A DNA stretch of 39,438 nucleotides, taken from positions 1 through 39,438 of the IMG/VR virus record IMGVR_UViG_3300021510_000002; one strand, 5' to 3'. A program made the translations under genes and the position numbers. The notes below the pieces were generated by a model. The model searched no databases. It saw nothing but the letters and a program-made list of their open reading frames with translations, and had not been told where the DNA came from. The first letter of the stretch is position 1. Every line of letters begins with the position of its first letter. Source of the DNA: a virus (lineage: Duplodnaviria > Caudoviricetes). Below, one piece after another: positions 24,470-34,288 of the stretch.

Positions 24470-25402
24470 ATGGGTCAACAGGTATTTGCTACCAATTCCC
24501 TTGGTGGCTACTTTACCAATAACACCCTGTCCAAAGAAGTCCGCTACAAAGCCCAGTCCATGCAGAAGTTTCGCCAATTTGTGGACATGGAGGCTGCAGC
24601 GGGAACCAACCGTGGTAACAAGGTGTTCTTCGATAAAGTCTCGAACATCTCAACTGCGGGCGGGACTTTGACTGAGACAGATACCATCCCCAAGAGGAAC
24701 TACACAATCACGCAAGGCACTTTAACGATGACTGAGTTCGGGAACTCAATCCCCTACACTCAGAAGCTAAAGTCCTTGTCCGATATCCAGGTTCCTGAAA
24801 CAATCCGCACAGTCCTCATGAACGATATGAAAGTGGTACTAGACAGTGCGGCCGCCACAGCGTTCATGGTGAACGACTACATCGCCACAATCACCAACAC
24901 CGCCACAACGACCTTTGGAACCGCGGGTACTGCTGCTGCAACCGCTGGTGCCAATATGTCTGACAAGAACGTGCGTGACATCGTAGACCAGATGAAGAAG
25001 CTATTTATTCCGAGACGGTCTAACGATGATATGTATGTTTCTATGGCGTCCACCAACTCCATCCGAGGTCTTTACGACTTCTTTGAAGCCAAAGCCCAAC
25101 TAACGACAATGGACCCCCTCTACATCGGGGAAGTCGGACGTTACTACGGGACTCGCTTTATAGAAGAAACAAACTTCCTCGGTAACACCGATGGTTCCAA
25201 TGGTCTCTATGGTGAGGCCTGCTTCTTCGGAGCAGATGCGGTGAGAGAGGGCGTTGCAATTCCTGAGGAGATTCGCGTCGGTATCCCAACCGACTATGGC
25301 CGCGACCAGGGCATCGCCTGGTACGCCCTCCTTGGGTTCCAGCAGGTCTGGGACTTCTCAGATGATGGTCAAACCCGCATCATAACCGTTAACTCACTCT
25401 AA
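24470..25402 (+). CDS. major capsid protein (HK97 fold, N4-gp56-like)
   Basis: 310 aa; KFRQFV, EFGNSI, GEVGRYYGTRFIE, DYGR...IAWY motifs; follows the scaffold. Confidence 0.9.
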   Translation: MGQQVFATNSLGGYFTNNTLSKEVRYKAQSMQKFRQFVDMEAAAGTNRGNKVFFDKVSNISTAGGTLTETDTIPKRNYTITQGTLTMTEFGNSIPYTQKLKSLSDIQVPETIRTVLMNDMKVVLDSAAATAFMVNDYIATITNTATTTFGTAGTAAATAGANMSDKNVRDIVDQMKKLFIPRRSNDDMYVSMASTNSIRGLYDFFEAKAQLTTMDPLYIGEVGRYYGTRFIEETNFLGNTDGSNGLYGEACFFGADAVREGVAIPEEIRVGIPTDYGRDQGIAWYALLGFQQVWDFSDDGQTRIITVNSL

Positions 25403-25419
25403 GAAAGGAGGATAACACT

Positions 25420-25839
25420 ATGGCTACTGGTTCAAAAGGCGGCAGAAGTTATTCCGACCAATCTTACGGGTCAATAAAGAGCTTGACCTTCGGAGTGGTT
25501 ACGGCAGGCACTCGTGCCACAGGCATTGTAGACAGTTTCGTCGCGATGAATCCCATCACGATTGTTGACTGGGCAATGTCAAACACGACCCTCGGCACAG
25601 GCGGTTCAAGTCAGTGGGTCTTAGCGGCCACAAGCTCGCTTGGCACCGTGGCATTAGGCACCATCATCTTTGTCGGCACTCATGCGGCGGGGGCAGTGGT
25701 ATCGGGAAGTGTTGCCACCGAGACAACGATTCCGACAGGGGGTTCCTTAAACCTCTACTCAATCCTGTCTACAGCGGCGTCTTTCACAGTACAGACAGTT
25801 GTCTCCTACCGGGAAGCATTTCAGGCAGCGGATAACTAA
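25420..25839 (+). CDS. probable capsid decoration protein (Ser/Thr/Gly-rich)
   Basis: AAGGAGG RBS; between the capsid gene and a terminator. Confidence 0.6.
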   Translation: MATGSKGGRSYSDQSYGSIKSLTFGVVTAGTRATGIVDSFVAMNPITIVDWAMSNTTLGTGGSSQWVLAATSSLGTVALGTIIFVGTHAAGAVVSGSVATETTIPTGGSLNLYSILSTAASFTVQTVVSYREAFQAADN

Positions 25840-25852
25840 GGCAGTCAAAATT

Positions 25853-25891
25853 ACGCCGGAGGAGAGTATTAATTCTCCTTCGGCGTTTTTT
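25853..25891 (+). terminator. rho-independent terminator
   Basis: ACGCCGGAGGAGA/TCTCCTTCGGCGT stem followed by a T run. Confidence 0.85.
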
Positions 25892-25910
25892 CCTCCAAAA
25901 AGGAGACAGT

Positions 25911-27164
25911 TTGGATTATAAGACCCTCACCTCATGCCGGATCTGCAAGTCAAAAGAGCTTTTTAAATACCTCGATCTAGGCTTTGCCCCCCTTTCTAAC
26001 AACCTCCTAGATCACCCATCACTCAAGGCTGAAAAGTATCCCGTCAGCATGCTTTTTTGCCAAACTTGCTACTTATCCCAACTATCCATTGTTGTTGACC
26101 CCTCACTTCTTTATTCTCACTATCTCTACCACTCATCGGTCTCAGAAACTTTTAAGAAACACTGCTATAGCCTTGCCATTAAACTGAGAGACACATTTAT
26201 GCCACAGAAACATACCCTCATCGTTGATATCGCTTCAAACGATGGCTGTCTTCTAAGAGAGTTTCAGAAAGCAGGCTTCTCGCATTTCCTTGGCATAGAA
26301 CCGGCCTCAAACTTAGCTTCAGAACCTTATGGCTATAAAGACTATCTAAGTGACAACAATAAACCTTATGCAATCCCGGTATTGAAAGCCTTCTGGTCTC
26401 TCACCATTGCAAAGGAATATGTCTACAAGGCCAACAACGCAGGCTTCATTATCGCCACAAATGTCCTTGCCCACGTGCATGACCTGGACGACTTCTTAAG
26501 CGGCGTCGAGATATCTTTAAAAAAAGATGGAGTCTTTGTTGCAGAGTTTCCTTACCTGTGGGATCTATTCACTCATAACCAGTTTGACACGATCTATCAT
26601 GAGCATCTGTCCTACTTTCTCCTGGCCCCTCTCATTGGTCTATTTCGGGCTCATAACCTTTCCATATTCGATGTAGAGGAGCTGGATATCCATGGCGGGT
26701 CTTTAAGAATTTATGCATCAAAAGACTTTTATCCGGTTAAAAGCTCCGTTAACAGGTTCCTTGATATTGAGGCATCCCGTGGGCTCTACTCAGAAGATTA
26801 TTACCTGTCCTTCGGTTCTCGAGTTGACTCGGTAAGAACTCACCTCTCTCACACCCTGGGTGAGCTTTATAACCTTGGCTCCAAAGTGATGGGCTACGGC
26901 GCCTCAGCCAAGGGGATAAGCCTTCTTAACTACTGTCACGTAGATAATACCCTCATTGACTCCATCGTGGATGACACCCCGGAGAAGCAGAATAAATGGA
27001 CTCCAGGCTCTCTTATTCCAATAGTGGACTTCAGCCGGTTCGAGAAAGACAGTCCCGATTACATCCTTCTTCTGGCCTGGAATTTTAAAGAGGAGCTAAT
27101 AAGAAAGACACAGCATCTAAACTGTAAATATATCCTTCCCATCCCTGAGGTCAGGGTCATTTGA
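25911..27164 (+). CDS. NDP-sugar C-methyltransferase-like SAM-dependent enzyme
   Basis: CRIC...CQTC Zn site, DIASNDG, NVLAHV, FDTIYHEH, HGGSLR, YGASAKG, LLAWNF. Confidence 0.9.
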   Translation: MDYKTLTSCRICKSKELFKYLDLGFAPLSNNLLDHPSLKAEKYPVSMLFCQTCYLSQLSIVVDPSLLYSHYLYHSSVSETFKKHCYSLAIKLRDTFMPQKHTLIVDIASNDGCLLREFQKAGFSHFLGIEPASNLASEPYGYKDYLSDNNKPYAIPVLKAFWSLTIAKEYVYKANNAGFIIATNVLAHVHDLDDFLSGVEISLKKDGVFVAEFPYLWDLFTHNQFDTIYHEHLSYFLLAPLIGLFRAHNLSIFDVEELDIHGGSLRIYASKDFYPVKSSVNRFLDIEASRGLYSEDYYLSFGSRVDSVRTHLSHTLGELYNLGSKVMGYGASAKGISLLNYCHVDNTLIDSIVDDTPEKQNKWTPGSLIPIVDFSRFEKDSPDYILLLAWNFKEELIRKTQHLNCKYILPIPEVRVI

Positions 27165-28156
27165 AGACAGCATTTATATCGAGATTCGGGGGCCTCGGGG
27201 ACCTCCTTTTTGCCAGCCACCTTCCCCGCCTCATTAAAGACCACTACTCAGTAGACCGCATAGACTTTGAGACAAACTACCAGGGCATCCAGATCCTCCA
27301 GAATAACCCATTCATCGATAACCTGATCTACATCGATCACACAAAGCTGACAGATAACCGTCTGCGTAAGAACTGGGACTGGTGCGAGGAGACCTATGAT
27401 TTATCCTTCAATCTCATATACACTATTGAGCTAGCCTACTGCTTGAACGAGAATGATTCGAGGTATTACCGTAGCACTGATTACCGCAGAAATTCCTTCG
27501 GAAAGATAAGCTATTATGACGTGATGACGAAGGCTTGCAACTTGCCTGACAAGTATCTTGGAGAGCGAGGAGGACTTTATTATGCAGAGGAAGACCATCG
27601 AGCAGCTCGTGAGGAAGCTCTTAAGACTCGCGAGAAATATAAGGCATCCCATCTTATTCTCATTAATCTGTCTGGAACATCACTCCACAAAAAGTTCATG
27701 CAAGCCGAAGGTGTGGCAGAGAAGATTCTTACTCGCTATCCTCAGGCGATCATATTCCTGACAGGAGACGAGCATTGCAAAGAGCAAGTATTCACCGGAG
27801 ACCGAATCATCTCATGGGTCGGCAAAAGAAACATAAGAAGTGTCGCCTTAATGACAAAGTATCTAGACCTCACAATAAGTGTCGAGTCAGGCCTGCCCCT
27901 CATAGCCCACTCTTGGAATGCCCCTTGCTTACAGCTCTTAACCGCCGCGAGTCCGGCCAATCACGTTCTAGGCGCTGAAAACGCCTATTATTTGCAGTCC
28001 CCTGTTTCCTGCTCCCCCTGTCACAAGAACCCTCGTGAATACTGGGGCTGTCCAACTCTGAATAAGATGCCCTCATGCGTATGGTTTAACATCGATGACA
28101 TTGTCAAAAAGGCTCAAGAAGCTCTTGAGTGTAGCAAAAACTCTCCCACCTGTTGA
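27161..28156 (+). CDS. GT9 heptosyltransferase-like glycosyltransferase
   Basis: RFGGLGDLL, NNPFID, ISVESGLPLIA, CSPC...C...C. Confidence 0.85.
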   Translation: MKTAFISRFGGLGDLLFASHLPRLIKDHYSVDRIDFETNYQGIQILQNNPFIDNLIYIDHTKLTDNRLRKNWDWCEETYDLSFNLIYTIELAYCLNENDSRYYRSTDYRRNSFGKISYYDVMTKACNLPDKYLGERGGLYYAEEDHRAAREEALKTREKYKASHLILINLSGTSLHKKFMQAEGVAEKILTRYPQAIIFLTGDEHCKEQVFTGDRIISWVGKRNIRSVALMTKYLDLTISVESGLPLIAHSWNAPCLQLLTAASPANHVLGAENAYYLQSPVSCSPCHKNPREYWGCPTLNKMPSCVWFNIDDIVKKAQEALECSKNSPTC

Positions 28157-28625
28157 CCCTTTCTTCATGCAGGAATGCCCTCTTTGCGGGCACGTCCAGC
28201 GCATGATGATAAGGGGCCTCTACGTGGACCCTGAGACTACTAGAAGCATGCTGTATCCTGACATGGGTTACTCCTTCTGCAACTGCCGTAACATCTTCTT
28301 CACGAAGTGGCAGAATGTGACAAGGCCTTGTGCCAGTCTTAACTCAGAGAAGTATCCACTTAAGAAGTTGGAAGACATCTTTAACCAGTCAACGCCTGAG
28401 AGTGTTATTAAGATCACTATGCGAGATCCTTACTTTGTGATCTGGTCTCGTCCTCACGAATACACCGGCTTTAACCCCAGAGTGAACTATATTCTCTGGG
28501 ACATGGACTCCTTTGCTGATGCTTGTAAGGAACAAGGATTCGAGCTTGTCTCTAAAGTTCGCGATATGGACGTTGCCTCAGAGACCCCTGAGTGCTACCA
28601 CATCACCTTAAAAAAGCCTCTTTGA
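28095..28625 (+). CDS. degenerate methyltransferase-like / Zn-binding protein
   Basis: CPLC...FCNC N-terminus and C-terminal motif resemble 30374-31150; no SAM loop visible; start uncertain. Confidence 0.55.
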   Translation: MTLSKRLKKLLSVAKTLPPVDPFFMQECPLCGHVQRMMIRGLYVDPETTRSMLYPDMGYSFCNCRNIFFTKWQNVTRPCASLNSEKYPLKKLEDIFNQSTPESVIKITMRDPYFVIWSRPHEYTGFNPRVNYILWDMDSFADACKEQGFELVSKVRDMDVASETPECYHITLKKPL

Positions 28626-29410
28626 ATAACATCTTCATCGTCATTCCCATGTTCGGTAAGGCCTCTTACACGGATGCCTGCATAGACTCAGTAGTTAAGA
28701 ATTATGGAACTGGAGAACCCATTGAGATACTAGTAGTCGATGACGGCTCTGAGATTCCTTACCTGAACCCCAAGGTCAATGTGCTGCGCTTAGACTCAAA
28801 CTCCGGCTTCACGAACGCCTCAAACCAGGGCATCCTCTGGGGTCAAGATAGATTCGATTATGTTCTTCTCCTGAATAACGACACAATTGCCCAACCTGGC
28901 TTTCTCTACGAACTCGTCCAAGTCATGTCATCCGACCCCTCCATCGGTATCGCCGCATCCATCCGTGTACACCCCGACAGACTCCCTCAGAACATGGAAC
29001 TTTGCGGAGCTGATTTGATACGCGGCTTCCAATATTTCACCGATGAGAAGTCGCTTCCCGACATCCCCATCGAGGTCAACTGGATACCGCTTGCCTCAGG
29101 ACTCCTCCGCATGAGTATGGTCAGGGAAATAGGTCTCCTTGATAAACGTTTCAGAAACTTCTGCTCTGACTCTGACTACTGCATCCGGGCCAAAATGAAC
29201 GGGTGGAAAGTGATGATGGTTGCAAGAAGCCGCGTAATCCATCATCTGAGCGTCACTACATCGGCTTCCGGCGTCACGGCAGAATCAGACCAAAAGAAGT
29301 TTTTAGAGAAGCTGGCAGGCCTCCAATACGCAGAGCTCATGAAACAGATGCCTTTGGACGGCGAAGCTAAAACCTGGGGCAGGTTCTCCTTCAGTGTATA
29401 TGAGAAATGA
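28622..29410 (+). CDS. GT2 glycosyltransferase
   Basis: IVIPMF, VVDDGS, NSGF...NQG, LLNND, DSDYCIR; TTGA overlap. Confidence 0.9.
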   Translation: MNNIFIVIPMFGKASYTDACIDSVVKNYGTGEPIEILVVDDGSEIPYLNPKVNVLRLDSNSGFTNASNQGILWGQDRFDYVLLLNNDTIAQPGFLYELVQVMSSDPSIGIAASIRVHPDRLPQNMELCGADLIRGFQYFTDEKSLPDIPIEVNWIPLASGLLRMSMVREIGLLDKRFRNFCSDSDYCIRAKMNGWKVMMVARSRVIHHLSVTTSASGVTAESDQKKFLEKLAGLQYAELMKQMPLDGEAKTWGRFSFSVYEK

Positions 29411-30399
29411 AGATTCTTATATTTAGATCGGCCGCTTTTGGCGACTGCCTGGTTATAACCCCAGTCCTTCGATATCTTAAGTTCCAAGGCCACGAACTCT
29501 ATGTCGTCACCTCAAAACGCGGAATGGAAGTTTTTAAGAATAATCCCCACATCCATAAACTCATCCAGCATGATGAGAACATTAAAGTAGAGCATCTGGC
29601 CGAACACATCGGGTGGCTACAGAGAAAGAATCACTGTGAGCGAGTAATCGACTTCTCAGAGTCCATTGAGGTTGCATTAAGCCAGCATCCCAGAGGACCC
29701 AATTATAAGCTCCCCAAGCAGGAGAGAATCGCCCGCTTTAACCGTAACTTCTACGAGTATTCCTTTGAACACATTGGTGAAGACTGGAAAGGTGTAAACC
29801 TCACTCCAGAGCTGTTCTTCTCAGAACATGAACTAGACGATGCAAGGAGACATCTTAAATCAGGCTCCTTTAACATACTAGTCGGCCTCGCCGGTTCAGG
29901 ATCCAACAAGTGCTACCCATGGATGATGGACTTATGTAACCAAATCAGTAAGGATTACCCCGATGTCCACATCATCACGGTGGGAGACGTAAAGTGTCAG
30001 ATATTAGAAGACGCGATGGAAGGAAACATTACAAAGCTATCTGGCAATATTCCTATGCGTCAGTCGATGGCCTTAACAAAGCTTGTCGATCTCGTCATTG
30101 CACCAGACACAGGCATTGCCCACGCGACGGGCGCCCATGGAACCACTCTTATCTGTCTCTTGGGCCATAATACTCGTGAGTGCATCACAAAACACTTCCT
30201 TAATGACTACTCCATCGAAACTGACTCAGTCCTCGCCCCATGCGCGCCTTGTCTTTTCCTCATCTACGATATGAAGCTCCAGTGCCCCTTAAACCCTGTC
30301 ACAAATAGCTCCATTTGTATGGCAGACGGGATTCCTATGGATAAGGTCTATACCCGCTTCAAGGAGGTCTACCATCTTAAATCTAAAAAGGGAAGCTAG
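29407..30399 (+). CDS. GT9 heptosyltransferase-like glycosyltransferase
   Basis: RSAAFGDCL, NNPHI, IAPDTGIAH, CAPC...C...C. Confidence 0.9.
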   Translation: MKILIFRSAAFGDCLVITPVLRYLKFQGHELYVVTSKRGMEVFKNNPHIHKLIQHDENIKVEHLAEHIGWLQRKNHCERVIDFSESIEVALSQHPRGPNYKLPKQERIARFNRNFYEYSFEHIGEDWKGVNLTPELFFSEHELDDARRHLKSGSFNILVGLAGSGSNKCYPWMMDLCNQISKDYPDVHIITVGDVKCQILEDAMEGNITKLSGNIPMRQSMALTKLVDLVIAPDTGIAHATGAHGTTLICLLGHNTRECITKHFLNDYSIETDSVLAPCAPCLFLIYDMKLQCPLNPVTNSSICMADGIPMDKVYTRFKEVYHLKSKKGS

Positions 30400-31150
30400 T
30401 CCTCTAGCTCAACCAGAACTCAAGGTCACCAACTGCCCCGTCTGCTCTGCCTATGTCTGTCACGTCTATTTCATGAAGAATGCTAAAGACGGGAAGACCT
30501 CTAAATGGTTTTCCTGCTCATGCGGCATCGTCTTCAACTCTCAAAGACCCACTAAGGTTTATGACCAGAACTATTGGCTCCTCCACTCAAAATACGACAA
30601 GAAGATAGAAGCCACCTACCGCTACCCTGTCTTAATTTACTCCCCCCTCATTGAGGAGCTAATCTACGGCAGGCGTGTCCTCATCGTAGGGCGTCCCAAC
30701 ACCTATCAGGAAGAAGCCTTCTTTGAACGCGGCTGGGTCCCCACCATCATCGACAAGAACACCTCATTCACCTCTGTCGGCAACATTATCGCCTCCGACT
30801 TCGAGACCCACCAGTTTCCTGAGAACATGAAGTACTCCCTCATTTGGATGTATCACACGCTTAAATGTTTCTTAAATCCAGTCGGAAGTTTGGAGCTTTG
30901 TAAGAAGTTGCTTGCAGATGATGGTATTCTATTCATATCGGACGTTGATACCGACTTCATCAATACCCGTTCATCTTCTTGCTTCATGCACTGGAAGCAT
31001 GACACCAATTTCATCATGTGGAATAAGCGTTCAATTTCAAAACACATGGAATCTCTCGGATTTAACACCATCATGTGTAGGTCCAACTACGAGTATAGAT
31101 TCCCTGTCCAAGACGACTTCCACGGAATCTGGCAGAAAAAGTTCTTTTAA
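30374..31150 (+). CDS. class I methyltransferase-like protein, probable ATC start
   Basis: AAGGAGG 6 nt before ATC; CPVC lies upstream of the first ATG (30473); YSLIWMYHTL...LADDGILFI. Confidence 0.7.
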   Translation: MLNLKREASPLAQPELKVTNCPVCSAYVCHVYFMKNAKDGKTSKWFSCSCGIVFNSQRPTKVYDQNYWLLHSKYDKKIEATYRYPVLIYSPLIEELIYGRRVLIVGRPNTYQEEAFFERGWVPTIIDKNTSFTSVGNIIASDFETHQFPENMKYSLIWMYHTLKCFLNPVGSLELCKKLLADDGILFISDVDTDFINTRSSSCFMHWKHDTNFIMWNKRSISKHMESLGFNTIMCRSNYEYRFPVQDDFHGIWQKKFF

Positions 31151-31196
31151 ACCCTCACCTAGAAAACTAGGCCAACCGAGTTTCTAGGAGTCTCTT

Positions 31197-31673
31197 ATGG
31201 CCGCTGTTGCATCCGTCCTGACTTTCACCGCCGGACAATTTAAGTACATAGATTCCACCGGCATCGAACACACCGTCAATACCTCTCAAACAATCACTCT
31301 TTCCATCGATGACAACTCCACAACCGATGTGAGGTACTCCTTTAAAACCTCCCTCACCATGACCACAACAGACGGTCTCCTTGTCCGCTTCAGACCCTCT
31401 GTTAGTGCTTCCCCAGGAAATGAAAACCGGACTGTAGGCCCCTTAACAGACGCCGGCCAGGGCTCCGCCTTCTACTCCGTCTCCGGAGAATTTAGGACTA
31501 ATGACCCAACCTCCGGCACCGAGCAGATCTGGAGGGTTGCTCGAATCACCCCATCCGACTCAGACTTTGGTGCAGCCGGAACTATCACAATGATCCTAGA
31601 AGACCAGTTTGGCCATGCAATGAGTATTCCCTTCGGTCTTTCTGGAACAGTGGCAGTCGCTCAGGCCGCATAA
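31197..31673 (+). CDS. Thr/Ser-rich virion structural protein
   Basis: AGGAG RBS; beta-rich, 158 aa. Confidence 0.6.
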   Translation: MAAVASVLTFTAGQFKYIDSTGIEHTVNTSQTITLSIDDNSTTDVRYSFKTSLTMTTTDGLLVRFRPSVSASPGNENRTVGPLTDAGQGSAFYSVSGEFRTNDPTSGTEQIWRVARITPSDSDFGAAGTITMILEDQFGHAMSIPFGLSGTVAVAQAA

Positions 31674-31682
31674 GGAAATCTA

Positions 31683-33272
31683 TTGGCTACAAGAATAGCG
31701 AATAATGGAGCTGCAGGGAATTTCTCTGCCGGAACTTCTTGGGTCGGCGGTGTTGCCCCAACAGCCGCCGATGATGCTCAAGTCGGAATTGGCACTACCA
31801 GTATTACAATCGATACCGGTTCGGTTTGTCGCAGTCTTGATTTTACCGGTTTTGCCGGCACAGTCTCACACACAGCAGGTGTAACCCTCACAATTGGTGA
31901 CGCAACAGCCGGGCTTGCCGGCGTGGCCTTAAAGATGGCCTCCGGCATGACCTACAACCTTGGAGATGCTGCAACATCAGCAGTATCGTTTGTCTCAACT
32001 GCAACAGAACAGCAAAGCATAACCACTGCCACAAAGACATTCGGTAACATTACTTTTAACGGAGCGGCCGGCAAGTGGGCTTTCATTGACTCTCTTACCA
32101 CCGGAGCAGGAGCCACCGTCACATTGACTGCCGGCACACTCCAAATGGACGGCGCATCTGACAATTCTAATCTATCTCACTCCATCGGACTATTTGCGTC
32201 ATCAAACGCAAACGCCAGGACACTGAAGCTTGGCAATAGTACACTCACACTGAAAGGGGTTGGAACGATATTCACATTTGCCACACAAACCCTGCTTTCC
32301 TTTGACAAAGGCACGTCCCAGATCGTTATCTCAGATGTGTCTGCCTCATCAAAGACATTCGCCGGTGGCGCTCAAACATTCAACACAATTAATATTACCG
32401 GCGGTGGAAGTGGACCTGTAATTTTCACAGGAGCCAATACATTCTTAACCCTCCCAAAAATATCCGGCGGAACTAAGACGCTAACATTCCCTGCCGGTGT
32501 GACTACGACATTAACCGGCACCGGAGGTGATAACTTTGGAAATGGAAATAATCTAATCACAATAAATTCCTCATCTGCCGGCAGTGCCGCAACTCTATCA
32601 AAATCAGTTGGTATGGTTGAATGTGGATTCCTTTCTCTTCAGGATTCAGCCGCCACCGGGACGTTTTATGCCGGAGGAAATTCAATCAATGTTTCCGGTA
32701 ACTCCGGATGGAAATTCTCAAATGTAGATATTGGAAACTCTCGCAGTGCTGTAAACCGTGGAACTATTGCTTGGCTGGATGCACTTGATGGGAAAGATGG
32801 AAAGTTCACAGATCGACTCACAAAAGTATCTTATACGCCATCCAATATGACCCGTGGTGCAAACACGAAATCAGGCACTGCGATGGTTTTTAACGGTTCC
32901 AACTCGAAGATTACACTTGGAAGTCTTGGAAGTATTTACGCACTCTCTTTTTGGGTGAATACGGACACAACCACAGAAGAATGGATTGATTTAAATGGAA
33001 CTCAGGCACTTCAGATTACGTCCGGTACTATCGCCGCGACATCTTGGACCTCACCGACTGTTTATGTGAATGGCGTTCTAGGAGCAACTCTTGGCGCCGG
33101 AAGTTGGGCTTATGTAGCCGTCACATCAGCCACCGCAGTAACGTGTTCAGCGGCCGCTCTGGGGGCAATTGGGGCCGGGTTTGGAGCTTTCTCAATGACC
33201 GGAGTCAGACTATTTGACCGCCAGCTTACTGCAAATGAAGTTGGGAAACTTTACAACATGGATAGAAACTAA
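31683..33272 (+). CDS. fibre/adhesin: passenger-like beta-helix plus C-terminal LamG domain
   Basis: G/T/S/A-rich repeats (TLTIG, TVTLTAGTL); FNGSNSKI...SFWV...YVNG...LFDRQLTANEV. Confidence 0.75.
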   Translation: MATRIANNGAAGNFSAGTSWVGGVAPTAADDAQVGIGTTSITIDTGSVCRSLDFTGFAGTVSHTAGVTLTIGDATAGLAGVALKMASGMTYNLGDAATSAVSFVSTATEQQSITTATKTFGNITFNGAAGKWAFIDSLTTGAGATVTLTAGTLQMDGASDNSNLSHSIGLFASSNANARTLKLGNSTLTLKGVGTIFTFATQTLLSFDKGTSQIVISDVSASSKTFAGGAQTFNTINITGGGSGPVIFTGANTFLTLPKISGGTKTLTFPAGVTTTLTGTGGDNFGNGNNLITINSSSAGSAATLSKSVGMVECGFLSLQDSAATGTFYAGGNSINVSGNSGWKFSNVDIGNSRSAVNRGTIAWLDALDGKDGKFTDRLTKVSYTPSNMTRGANTKSGTAMVFNGSNSKITLGSLGSIYALSFWVNTDTTTEEWIDLNGTQALQITSGTIAATSWTSPTVYVNGVLGATLGAGSWAYVAVTSATAVTCSAAALGAIGAGFGAFSMTGVRLFDRQLTANEVGKLYNMDRN

Positions 33273-34288
33273 TGCAAAACGATACATTCAAGAGAATTCA
33301 AGTCCGTGCGATGGCGCTTGTGCAAAACACATCTACCTCCACAACAAACGCCAACGACCTCCTCCCCAAGGTCAAAGACTGGTGCCGTACCCGCTATGAC
33401 AGAATCCTAAGGAGCTTCCCCTGGGATGAGCTGAATAGAAGCTATAGCCTATCCATTCTCTCAGGCATCAGAGATTACGCTCTCCGATATGACCTTGAAC
33501 AGATAATCAAGATCTGGGATCAAACTCACGGGCAGGAGATCACAGCACTTGATATCCGCGACCATATCCGCTTTAACGCCGTCACCCTTGAAGTCTTAGG
33601 GAACGTCCAGACCGGGAATCCCGATAACTACATCGATATTGGCTCTAAGTCCTGTTCTGCTTTAATGTCCATAGCCGATAAAGTCCAAGTCCTCTCCACT
33701 TCCGCTTCCGACATCAGTCCTATGGTTATCAGAATCACAGGTGAGGTAAACGGCATGCCTTTATCTGAATCAAAGACCTTGACCGGAGTCACAGCAGTCG
33801 ACTCAACCAACACCTATGACGCGGGTTCAGAGCTAGTCATCACATCCGGCACATCAAGCGGTATCTTAATGGATCTAGCAGGAATTGTTACCGTCAGAGA
33901 AAAAACAACATCTGCAAATATTATCTCTAGGCTCTCCCCTACCGAGAGAGCGCCATACTTTAAGTGGATAAGGCTATCCACCACCCCTTCTTCTAACTGC
34001 ACAGCCCAAGTTTGGTACAAGAAGCGCTGGCTTCCCCTCTCCAACGACAATGACGCTCCGATAATTCCATGTGCCAACGAAATTATTGAAGGTGTTGTCT
34101 CAGACGCTCTTTGGGAAGACGGACAGGAAAACTCCGCCATTGCCCAGGAGAAGAAGTTTACACAAAGTGTGACTGAGCTTTGGTACTCAAGACGCCCCAG
34201 AAACTTAATCACACAGATTGTCCCAGACGACGGAGATCCTAAAGCATATTCCCAGAGAAACCTTTATGACTTAGGGAGTAGCTACTAA
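33272..34288 (+). CDS. head-tail adaptor / tail tubular protein A-like
   Basis: FPW, GIRDYAL, GNPDNY, DAPIIP motifs; precedes the nozzle gene. Confidence 0.7.
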   Translation: MQNDTFKRIQVRAMALVQNTSTSTTNANDLLPKVKDWCRTRYDRILRSFPWDELNRSYSLSILSGIRDYALRYDLEQIIKIWDQTHGQEITALDIRDHIRFNAVTLEVLGNVQTGNPDNYIDIGSKSCSALMSIADKVQVLSTSASDISPMVIRITGEVNGMPLSESKTLTGVTAVDSTNTYDAGSELVITSGTSSGILMDLAGIVTVREKTTSANIISRLSPTERAPYFKWIRLSTTPSSNCTAQVWYKKRWLPLSNDNDAPIIPCANEIIEGVVSDALWEDGQENSAIAQEKKFTQSVTELWYSRRPRNLITQIVPDDGDPKAYSQRNLYDLGSSY

